DNA from: Octopus vulgaris
Taxonomy: Eukaryota
Direction: 5' to 3'
DNA length: 64,000 nt
NCBI GenBank assembly: GCA_951406725.2
Contig: OX597816.1
Coordinates: forward strand, 31,992,001-32,056,000
Shown here: positions 52,428 through 64,000 of the stretch, one piece after another
Numbering within the stretch: the stretch's first letter is position 1
How the letters are laid out: each line of letters starts with the position of its first letter
The notes under the pieces: generated by a model
The model's input: only the letters and a program-made list of their open reading frames with translations
Database searches by the model: none
What the model was told of the DNA's origin: nothing
Program-made: the position numbers and the translations under genes

Positions 52428-53544
52428 TATATATATATGGAAAGCAAATTTAATAGAAAACAACTAAATTGTGGGTAAGAGACATTCCGCAAAGCAAAGG
52501 CAGTTATTTATGAATTAAGATAAACACTGGGCGTTTGACGTATTTCCATATTTGTGAGCGTTATGCAAAAGTATTCAAATATTAAAACTCAGACTTGACG
52601 GTGTTTTTCTCATATTAGACATATCTAATTTGATAGGTTGATAGTTATATTCATGTACATTTAACGTAGCTTACAATCGTTGATTGTACCTTTAGCTGCC
52701 AAATTTGACTGCTTGCCCAAAACAAGTAGACAAATCATGAATTGTTTGACATTACAGAATATTAATTGAGATGAAAATTAATATTTCTGTATGTCATTAT
52801 TCTGCAATAAATATGGTAAATAATATATAGTCTAATATGGTATATAACATGTCTTCTAACTTCCCATAATTTTATTGTAGCGACCTCAATAAATATGAAT
52901 GATACCTAAATACAAGCGGGTGATAAACATACGCATAATAATTTACATAATGAAGGAAATTTTATTGCCTGTCAGCTGAACATTCCTTATGCGTCAATAG
53001 TATACTACTTTGAGTCCCTTGAAAAAATGGAATATAAATAACTTCGATCTCGGATTCCTAAGAAAATACAATGGTAAACTGTTGAATGACAAAATACTAA
53101 ATTCGTTAGTATTCTATTTAAGGCAGATATCGATATAAACTATCGAGTGGCCTTTACAATAGTGGACAATCACATACTTATCCATATTCAAAGAATAAAA
53201 CATTTGCTTACCGTTCATGTAAATATACAAGATGTATCTCAACGACATAGAAAATATTGCTACTCATTTAAGATGTGGATCTCCAAAAAATTAGTAACAC
53301 TGTTATGTAGGTTTTGAAACCTAAATTACAAAGATTCTGTTTAAAAAGACAGTAAGTTAGTATTATTTATGGTGACATCCTTTTAGTAAATTTCAAATTA
53401 CAATTATGCAAAAATTAATTATGAATTGCGAATTCAAAATAGAAATTGCATTATTTAGGTTCTTTATTGCACAACAAATTTCCTGTTCTCATCAAAAACT
53501 TCAAATTTTCAAGCATACATACGTATATACACACATACACACTC

Positions 53545-53745
<201 letters not shown>

Positions 53746-54034
53746 TGTATGTATGTGGATTCATGTATCTATGTGCGGGAATCGTGCTTATCATTCCAGT
53801 GCACTCTGAAGCGTAGCGATATGTTATAAGCAACGCTGAGATGGCAGCTTGTCTAAATTTGTCATTCTCTTAAAGAATACTTTCGTGTTGAAGATCACAC
53901 TATCAGGTATTAAGTCACTGCTATATATTTTATTTATGACAGCCCAACGTGCCGTGTCTTTAAATGATTTGAAATATAATTCTTTATATTTTTAGATGAG
54001 TGTGGGTTCAAGGGGATGGAATAATCATTTCTTC

Positions 54035-54192
54035 TCTTGGCACAAAACCCGAAATTTCGGGGAGAGTGAAAATCGATTACATCGATCCCAGTACTCAAGT
54101 GGTGTCATTTTATGGACAACGAAATAATTAAAGGCAGTGTCAATCTCGGCGAAATATAAACTCTGAACTTAAAGACGTGCGAAATGCCTCAA
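54035..54192 (-). mobile_element. Degenerate Nin-type SINE
   Basis: tcgattacatcgatcccagtactcaagtggt...aaaggcagtgtcaatctcggcgaaat aligns with 20110-20230. Confidence 0.7.
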
Positions 54193-54604
54193 ATGCTTAA
54201 AGACGTGCGAAATGCCTCAACGATGCATACACGTGCATATATCAGCATTTATATGTACATATAAACATATATACTGCCACATCTATGTCCCCCACCACAC
54301 GACCGATATCCTGTCCTCCAAGCGGTCAATTTCCTTATTACCACGCGGTCGATTTCCTGTTCTTCATTCGGTCGACGTGATGTTCCTCACGCGGTAGATT
54401 TTTTTGTTCACCATGCGATATTTTAAAAGTAATTGTTGTCGCAAATACCTAAATATCAGACTCATATAAGGCTTGATCTTTCTCGGGCAATCGCAGCTTA
54501 ACGTCCACAAACATTGACTCACTTCGATCGAACTCTCATTTAGACTCCAACTATCAAGGATTCTGAATCAAACTGTTCTGATCTGTATGTATGTATGTAT
54601 GTTT

Positions 54605-54703
<99 letters not shown>

Positions 54704-55345
54704 GTTCCGAAAGTTCAGAAAGAAAATATTTTGAAAGATCAATCATGAATATCATGACAAAGGGAAGGTCTGCTTCAAGGCAGAGAGCCAAACACTAACA
54801 TTTAAAAGGGACGGACGAACTTGCGAGCTGAATAAAAAATTAAAATATTGGAAACCCAAGTTTGAAGGGAGGGAATCTGAGGTGAGTAGAGTCACAATGA
54901 CTGACATTTCTTAACGACGGACAGCAACGTAGTGGTAGGTTAACGGCTGGCGTTTGAACTTGATGTAAAAGAAAATTCCTAAACACCAAGTTTTGAAGTG
55001 ATACTTTCTCACGACAGTAGACTCACCATGGCAAGCATTCAAAACTTCTTCATCATGGACGGCAACACATTGGCGGTTTAAAGGCTGGCTCAATTTTTTT
55101 AGCTTGATGTAACAGTGAATTCCTAAACACCCGCTCCTGTACATTTTAATCCTCTTCACGCCCCATTTAGACCTCTTTTCACATTTTGGTTAATATAAAC
55201 CGACTTAATTTGGGTCTACTCGGGCCACATTTCCTAAGATGAGGAATTTTGTCCTGGAGGTCACGCCTTTCATTTGAAGAAAACAATAGTTGGTATTTAA
55301 CATAGATGTGCATATTTTCAGCTCAACCGACCACATAATGCACAC

Positions 55346-55401
<56 letters not shown>

Positions 55402-55478
55402 TGTACATATATACGCATTATATATTTTTATATATATGTGTGTGTGTGTGTGTACGCATTATATATACAAATGTATAC

Positions 55479-55528
<50 letters not shown>

Positions 55529-56034
55529 CAGATATATACACTTTGTATATATAAATTATATATACATATTTATATATAAAACACACACACGCACACATAT
55601 AAATATACCCAATAAATAACTGATTCGTAATATTTGTTCTCATGATTCGTAATATTTGTTCTCATGCAGACAGACGTAGAGAGAGAGAGAGAGAGAGAGA
55701 GAGGTCTGGCAAATGCGGCAGGGGAAGAATAGTAGATGCTGTCAAACGACGTTATAGAGAGAAAGTGAAATGAGAGGTGGAAAGAGAGAGAGACGGAGGA
55801 AGACACGCAGATAAGAGAATGAGAGAAGACTTGTCAAAGTGGGCGTTTTTTACCCTTTTAACCACACCTTTTCAGATTTTTAACCTAACCCACTCACATC
55901 CTCACCTCCTTTTACATGTCCCTGTAAATGTTGGAGTTAATCCGACGGGATCTAGAGTCTTTTAACGAGTTCCAATGCCAAAACCAGACAAACAAACTTT
56001 CTCATTTCAGAATTATAGATATCGATATATATTA

Positions 56035-56540
56035 TATTGGGGATAATTTGCACGAAAATAAAAGAGTCGAAGACAGGTGGCACAGAGAACAAACAGATGT
56101 ATTAGTTTAACGCTCGAAAGGTGAAATAGGTTTTAATGTTTCGATCCTACGCTCTTCCAGAGGAAGGAACACAGAAAGAAACAAGAAGAAGAAATAAAGA
56201 ATGTGTAGTGGCTAGCGATCTACCATAGTGAATGCCAGACAGAAGGGTCACATAGAAGAGCTAGCAAAAAGGGGAGCAAATAAAGTAGTGGTGAACCCAT
56301 AACGAGGTGCGCATGTCTGTGTATAAGAGAGTATTATGTACGTGTGAGCGAAGACTGGTGACATTGACATGTGCGTGTGTGCATGTGCAGGTGTGAAGAT
56401 GTGGGGCTGGGAAGTAGTCAGTGCTAGTGTGTGCGTGGTGGTGTGATGTGATGTGTTGTTGCTATGGTGGTGTACGGTGTAGTGGTTTGTAGTGTGGTCT
56501 GGCTTTGGTTGTGGGGGAGGCGACAGTAAGAAAAGCAAGG
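56035..56540 (-). mobile_element. Probable Penelope-like non-autonomous repeat with decayed hammerhead-like core
   Basis: Minus strand ggaagagcgtaggatcgaaacattaaaa at about 56130-56160. Related to 19085-19207. Confidence 0.4.
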
Positions 56541-56579
56541 GTGGGGTGTGGGTTAGGCTAAGGATGGGGGTAGAGGTGG

Positions 56580-56612
<33 letters not shown>

Positions 56613-57734
56613 TTACTCAAAGATTTATACACACAAATATGCACTTATGATTACAATGAACGTTGTGTTACGCGGCATTTCCTAATTTCGAAATTGCAAT
56701 TTGATTCCCAGTTTGGAAAAGGTAATATTTCTGATTCTATATTTTCTTTAAAACTTCAGATCGATATCCCGCGTGGTGTACATCTTGTATGCGGTTCGTA
56801 TATCGTATTTTTGAATATAGAACTAACTAGTTTCCACAAATTTTAATGTTTCTTTGAATTTCAACTTATTAGGGAAGCAGTCAAAATCAAGTTTTCTTTG
56901 ACATTCAAATTATTATATGCAAACCAATAACGAACGAAAACCTCTTTGATCATTTTTAAATGTTGTGATATTGTAGTAAATGTATATCAGACGAGGCAAA
57001 ATGTGTAATAATTTTACGTAAGAAAATGCTTTAAACGAAATGTAATAATATCTGAATCGCGAATACATGCTGCAATTGTATGTCTTCTTCCTGCTTTAGA
57101 TACGATTTAAAAGAAATATCTCACATCACATTTACTAAGTATAAAGAGTATATAACATTTATTGATAGAGAATCCAAATTTATTTTCATTGAGTATTCAG
57201 GCAGAAATTATTTCAATTAATTCCAACTGACACAGATATTGTAGCTACAAAAATGAGTTCAAAAAACATACAAGGTTCTACACAGTTATTTGGAATTATA
57301 TTTAGTATGACTTTTTGTGCAAACGTTGAGACTATCCTGTGAACACACACACACACACACACACAAACACGCGCTCGCGCACGCACTCACACAGATGCAT
57401 ATGTGCTTTTGCGTGTGCGTTTGTAATTAATTGCACATGTCTGCGAATAAGCATATGAGTTAGAATGATCGCTGTTTAGTTACCTATTTTGGAGTAGGTC
57501 GTAAATTTCGTTATTGACTTTATTTACCGACACATCTGTACACAAAGTAAATGTGTTTGAAAGATGTGTCTTTTTTGGTATGTTTGTTCCGAAACAGAAC
57601 TTATTTTTGTGCCGTTGACACCGCCAGATTGAATGGTACTGCCGAGGTGTGGAAACCATAATGATATCCGTAGATAATTTGGTGAATGATATGTATGGTA
57701 TTATTGGTATGCCTATTTTTGTATATCATCCATT

Positions 57735-57769
<35 letters not shown>

Positions 57770-57773
<4 letters not shown>

Positions 57774-57969
57774 CTCCGCGACTGAGCAGGGCAACAGAAG
57801 AAAGAATAAAAGTCACGGCGAAACAGTACACCAGGAATCGTGACCACCCCTTGTCGGAGCTTTAGGTGTTTTCGCCCAATAAACACTCACAACGTCCAAT
57901 CTGGGAATCGAAACCGCGATCCTAAGACCGCGAGTCCTCTGCCCTAACCACCGGGCCATTGCGCCTCCA
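57770..57969 (-). mobile_element. tRNA-derived SINE (tggaggcgcaatggcc family, different 3' tail)
   Basis: The first about 130 nt match 30727 onward, then the sequence diverges. (TG)n at the 5' side and (TA)n at the 3' side. Confidence 0.85.
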
Positions 57970-57977
57970 CACAGACT

Positions 57978-58038
<61 letters not shown>

Positions 58039-61000
58039 ATAAAGATAGATATATAAATGGGTAGATGGGTTTATATTTAGATAGATAGATAAAACGTTAG
58101 ATATACAAAGCTCTAAAATACAATTATATAGATCCAATGAATACGTCATTCTTGCTTGTAACCAAGCAAGCTGTGGTCGTCTTCTCGATATATTTGTGTA
58201 TACAATTTACGAATTAAAGTTATATATCTTCAAAATGGACTAGTTAGTGTATAATGCGTTTAATGAACCATGCGACAGAATAATACGTACCATGAATCCT
58301 GATCTATGTCCTTGGTGTTACAGCATTTAGCAACAGAATTATTAGTTTAAGACCCTGATTAAAAGCTATCAGTATTATATCTATATTTCTTACGTACATG
58401 ATTGAGGTTTCTTCATCACTATACGTACAATTAAGTTTATTCATTTAAACCATGTACGTATTTCACTACTGAAACAACACAAAATGCACCTAGAGACATA
58501 ATCATATAGTCATGGTAAACTTTTGTGTAATTGTGTGAGTGCATCTATGCACGTGAGTGTGTGAGTGCATGCAGCTCATTAATACTTGGGAAACACTACA
58601 GTTTCAATAAAATAAGCATGCAGGAGGACTCTGTATTAAGACTAGGCTAGTGAAATATTTCATGGCAGTTTATTTTAATATTCATGTGAGATACGGTATG
58701 TAGAGGAGAAATGATATAAAATTACACAACATGAAAGTGAAAAGTGGATTTATTTAACATTACGTAGAAAAATCAAGGAAAATTTTATTTGACGTTAAAA
58801 GGATTAAGAAATTATAGACACTGTCGAGTGAATTTAATATGCAGCAGGGTAGACAGATGCAATATGCTTGATATTAGAGAGAAAGAAAAGAGTAGATTTG
58901 TTTTGTTTTTTTTATTTAGCACGGAAATGTGGACATTATTAATGGAAAAATGACTAATACATGTAGAAGCCATAGCGTCAGCAGGGAACTATTTCCTGCA
59001 TCTGTATATGTGTTGTGTATTTGTGGTCTGTGACAAAGAGGGAAATAGGGAGAGTGTGCATGGGTCTGTGCGTGAAAGAGAGGGAAAGAGAGGCAAACGG
59101 GGAGAGAGATAGAGAGTGTGTCTGTGAGTTTGTCAAACCTGTAAGATTATAGTGTGGATGTGAAACATGTTTAGCGATGTATGTGTTCGTATATAGGAGA
59201 CAAAGAGCTGAAGTGTGTGAGTCATTTTTCTCCTATTTAGTTGATCATTAAATGTCTGGTGAATTGATACAAATGAGAACACACGGGTAAAAAAGATATA
59301 TGGGTGAATTATATTACGCATGATCCCATTATAAAACATGTTGTCTCATTATATAAGAGAAGTGAAAAAAACGAGGGCATACATACAGAATGTAAGTGAT
59401 GGAGCAGGCCCTTGGTGGGAAAAACATATAATAATAGTAGACAAATATGTTATTTATGTGGAATGAGTTGTATATGTACATACCAAGAAAATTCGTATGT
59501 GATTTTATGTGTGTTTATGTACGTCAAATGTATAAAATTAGACTTGAGTTTGTTAACAATATGTGTATACAATGACATGTGTCACTATATAGATAAGGAT
59601 AACTGATATAAAGAGTATGCAGATGTATGATACAAAAGGGCATTAAAGCATATTGTAGAGAGAGGGTTCGTGATTTGGAAGAAAGTAAGTCGATTGATAT
59701 CAAACACAGGACCGTAAGCGTCTAAACAGAAGTTGAATTATGTGAGAGGAATAACATAAAATCATGACAAATTCAAGATGCAGGAGAATCTCATGTTTAT
59801 CATAGAGAAATATAAAGCCACAAACAGCTGGAAGAAGTAGGGATGAGTCGGAAGAATTAAAGATATCTCATTTAGCTACACACACGTACGAAGGAACATA
59901 CAAATGCACACAAAGGCGAGAAGGATGCATACATGCATACAAACACACGAAGGGTTGCCTGTCCCCAAAGAACCCACCCAGATACCCACTCACACAAATA
60001 TGCTGGAATACACTCAAATAAGAAAAAAAAACGCACATTACCACACGTACACGCAAACAAGCAAACAAACATACACACTCATTCACAGAGGTGTAACAGC
60101 CACAAACACACGCACACGCACACAACACCTCACACACGCGCGCCGCACAGACATATATTCCCACACACAAACATGCATCCACGTGCACTCAGTTGCTCAT
60201 AGAAACGCTTAACCCGTTGTAGCCGTCGCTTCCCCACAAAATGAAAGAACTACATAGTAAACCATAAATACAGGTATGAGACTGAACGAAGGCAAAAATT
60301 ACAAAAGAATGAACATTCAAAAAGGTCAAGGATGGCTGCTGTATTTCCAACCACAAAGAAAAACAGCCACACACATGTAAGTAGGCATAGAAACGCGCTA
60401 ACCTGTACCCACGTACGCAAGAGCAGGCACACACACAGAAAAAACTAACAAATAAAACTTTTGTTTTTTTCTCACCATACCCCTCTTCTAAACCAACATG
60501 CACCTGCTTACCCCTGCGAGCATGCATACATACAGACAAAATACCAATTACCAGAGAGACGCAAAGCAAATACTGGAGCTACCGGGGAAGTCACCGAGAC
60601 ACTGATAACTTCGCGAAATGCCAGGAAGAATGTTTTGACACGAGCAATCGATTCGTTATTTCGTTAGATATTATATGAATCACTTAACGAGAAAGAAGTG
60701 TAATTTATGTTTCCTAAGATACAATATTTGTTTCAACACAAGAATTGACATCAAGTAACATGCAAACCGAATGCAAAAGAACAAAACATCTGCGCGCGGG
60801 TGTGTGTATGGTATTGTACATGTGTGAGTGTGTGTCTGTTGTATGTGTGTGTATAGTGTCGTGTGTATGTGTGTGTGTGTGTTTGTGTGTACGTTTGTTC
60901 GTATATCTATATACCTATATTTCTAAATAAATTTACGTTTAATCGAGACATCATAGAGAACAATGGAGAAAAATACAACCTCAAATATATATATTTTGTA

Positions 61001-61299
61001 CAGTATTATTCTCATTAAATTACAGTCCGAAACGTATGTGTGCGAGATAATTTTTTTTAGTTTCGCTTCATGCAGCATTTATGTGCATTTAGATGATTCA
61101 GTAACTGTATATTTTCATCGAAAATCGGCATTGCTATGCAGCTTTGTTGAGGGTTTTGACCACTCTGATGGGTTAACTGAAATGATTTTAAATGACATAA
61201 TTAACAAAAGCCTATTGTATTTTACAGAATACGCTCTACTATTGTGCCCTTAGGTCATATGTTCTCTCACGTAGAATATAATTTTATAAGAACAATCTG

Positions 61300-61740
61300 A
61301 TATTTGAATTCTAAGTTCGGTTCCATCAGCAGCATGGATAAAATCTTGAAAGAGAAAACTGACGATATATATCTTCTTTAATAAGGGCAATGATCTCGAA
61401 CCTCATTTGTTGAAATCAATATCTGCTGTGCGCGATACTAGGGTTGATCTAATTTATCACTCTCGCTATTCATCTCGTACCGCTCTATATGATGATCATC
61501 TCATTGCCAAAATTTAAAAAAATGAAAAAAAAAAGAACAAAAGAAAAACACTCATGGCTAGGGAACCTGTGTCGCAATGATGACGAAGTCAAAGTGCTGT
61601 CGATGACTCTTTTGGCGAACAATATCGGATTCAGAAATTCTGCAACATCAATGGAAGTAGTATGTGGACCACAGGGTGTACTATGCCAGTAAGATTGAAT
61701 CGACAACCATGTAATACGCAAGAATACTTTTTCGTATATA
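61300..61740 (+). pseudogene. Degenerate mariner transposase 3' fragment
   Basis: HSRYSSRTALYDDHL (like HPPYSPDLAPSDYHL), NDDEVK-AVDD and LQHQWK*YVDHRVYY resemble the mariner C-terminus. Confidence 0.62.
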
Positions 61741-62742
61741 CAAAAACCTATGTACACACATGTACTCAGTCATTCGCATAATCATATGTGTTTTTTTGCA
61801 TGTACATAGAAATATATATGTAGGAATATATGATATGGAAAAATAGAGGTGTTGAAAACATGAAAGTGTAATTTAGTTTCATTTTCATGAAGATCCTAAC
61901 GACTTCGAGGAAACTATCTCATTGCAGTTCACCTAAATTTTACAACCTATACGTTTATTTTAGTTTATCTCGTCCAGCGTAATCGATTCGCTGCATTGTA
62001 TTATATGTAAAATAAGATGAGAAAGCAAAATGAACTTTCCAACACTAAACTTAAACAGGAAAACTAAGTTTATAGATACTGTTATGGCAACAGACTATAC
62101 AACTCTGTTGTATAGGTGAAGTAATTAGTCTATTAAGTCTTATGAAACAAACAGAATCATTGGATAATTATTGGATGATAATAATATGTATTATACACCG
62201 AAGAAAATTCAACGGTTTGAAACGTTAATGCATTACAATACACATACAGACACACGAACACACAAATACACACGCACACATATACACGCTCAAATATATG
62301 TATGCATACAAAGACACAAATGTCTGTGTAAGTGTTCGTTTGCATATGTGTAAGTATGTAAGTATGTATGTATGTACGTACGTATATAAGTACATATGTA
62401 TGTATGAATGAATGAAACAGTCAACTGAAGGCTTGAAAATTTAGGCTAACAGCACAGTGAATGCTGCATTTTGTCAACATACACTAAGTATAGCGTATAG
62501 GAAAAAGTGAAGTGCTATATTCGTTGACTTATTGCTCAGAAAATTAGATTCGTGCATGTAACTGTTACCTACGTGTTTTAATTCATATATTTTAGTCCTA
62601 AAATTCCAACGTCATTAAGGTGTGTAATACTATGTGGTATTAACCTCGGTTTATTGAAGATATATAGAGCTACATTTTCTCACACAGGTATACATAGATA
62701 TATGACTACATCTTGCTCCCTCTTTTTTTCTTTCTCTCTCCA

Positions 62743-62760
62743 TATGTGTGTATGTATTTA

Positions 62761-62842
<82 letters not shown>

Positions 62843-62863
62843 CATACATACATATATCTATAT

Positions 62864-62904
<41 letters not shown>
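62743..62904. repeat. (TA)n microsatellite
   Basis: Seen directly. Confidence 0.97.
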
Positions 62905-62910
<6 letters not shown>

Positions 62911-63256
62911 AAGCAACATTTGAATCTAAATTGTTGCTTATATATGTTTGTGTTATACCAAGGGTGCCATACTTTTGGTTTTCTTCATAGTGTTGTTCTA
63001 GAGAATGTTTAAGAAACCATAAGATAACTATGTGTTTGTTTTAAAATTTGAAATAACATAGAAAGTATTTTGCGTAGGATATGGGCAGTTCCCATGTGCA
63101 CTATCTTTTGAACTTCTGCCATGTTTAGGTTTCCTGGTATCTGAGATAGGTAGCAATCATCCCCTTTTGCTATCATTCCAACAACACCTATGACAACAGG
63201 TATTGTTGTGCGTGTATATATATATATGCATAGTTACATAGATATATATAAGGTTA

Positions 63257-63317
<61 letters not shown>

Positions 63318-64000
63318 AAACATTGGTATATGCACGGAAAGGTCTACACATCTATATGGTAATATACACCTAACACAGTCATGAATTATATTGTTTACAA
63401 ACTATTTATTATTAATCATTATATATTGTACAAAGGATACATCAACTCGAATACCGTGAAAGTCATAAATCGTACTAGATCTGGTATTTTATGAAGAACA
63501 TTAAATAGAAAGTTTCCTGTCAAAGAGGGGAAATTGGATTGTCTAGAATAGCAAAGAATCGATGTCAGTTTTAAATCCGTATGATGTTCATCAGATTTTG
63601 TTAAGACAAAATAAATTTCGTGTAATGATACGACGTAAGTACATTTTGTATAGCGTAAATGAAATAAAGACAGTACAGCTTTCTGTTTCAACTATGCAGT
63701 GCGAAGCACAACGTAAATGGTTATCACGTGTGTGTGTGTCAGTGTATTTGTCAGTGTATGTATGCGTGAGTGCGTGTGCATGTGTGTATGTGCGTGCACG
63801 CACGCGTGGTGTGTGAATGAGTGATTGTACGTGAAAAGGTTCATGCGTCCGTGTGTGTGTGTAGTGATTGAGAATGTGATGTGGAAAATAGGAAAATGAG
63901 AATGTACTGAAGAGAATCATATATGACAATATACACACATACGCAGGCACACGTACATATATATGAAAGCAAATACAGACGGGATGAAAGTAATTCATCA

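Noticed and set aside
54290-54560. Possible mariner N-terminal fragment on the minus strand
   Set aside because: The similarity is too weak to support by eye.
55621-55664. 22-bp exact tandem duplication (also a 28-bp-period one at about 54168-54220)
   Set aside because: These are ordinary slippage duplications with no further structure.
63555-63600. Minus strand ctgatga...aaaac motif
   Set aside because: It lacks GAAA and convincing stems.

Overview
This is AT-rich, microsatellite-dense animal genomic DNA with no recognisable host protein-coding gene, so it is probably intergenic or a large intron. The repeat spectrum (tRNA-derived Nin- and Meta-type SINEs, many R4/Dong LINEs in TAA arrays, long TA/CA/ATC tracts) suggests an octopus or other cephalopod genome; this is an inference. 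The only long intact ORF is a 5'-truncated R4/Dong non-LTR retrotransposon (35066-37063, RT + CCHC + restriction-like endonuclease), sitting in a head-to-tail stack of Dong copies. Degenerate CR1, HERO-like, Helitron and Tc1/mariner elements are also present. The most notable signal is a set of non-coding elements embedded in (TA)n that carry type I hammerhead ribozyme motifs (about 11.0, 26.5, 26.9, 31.3-32.3 and 47.7 kb). Two of them are tandem units of 595 and 560 bp that share conserved motifs in the same order, and three have unusually long stem II hairpins. They look like a family of Penelope-dependent, retrozyme-like elements. All calls were made by eye without database searches.
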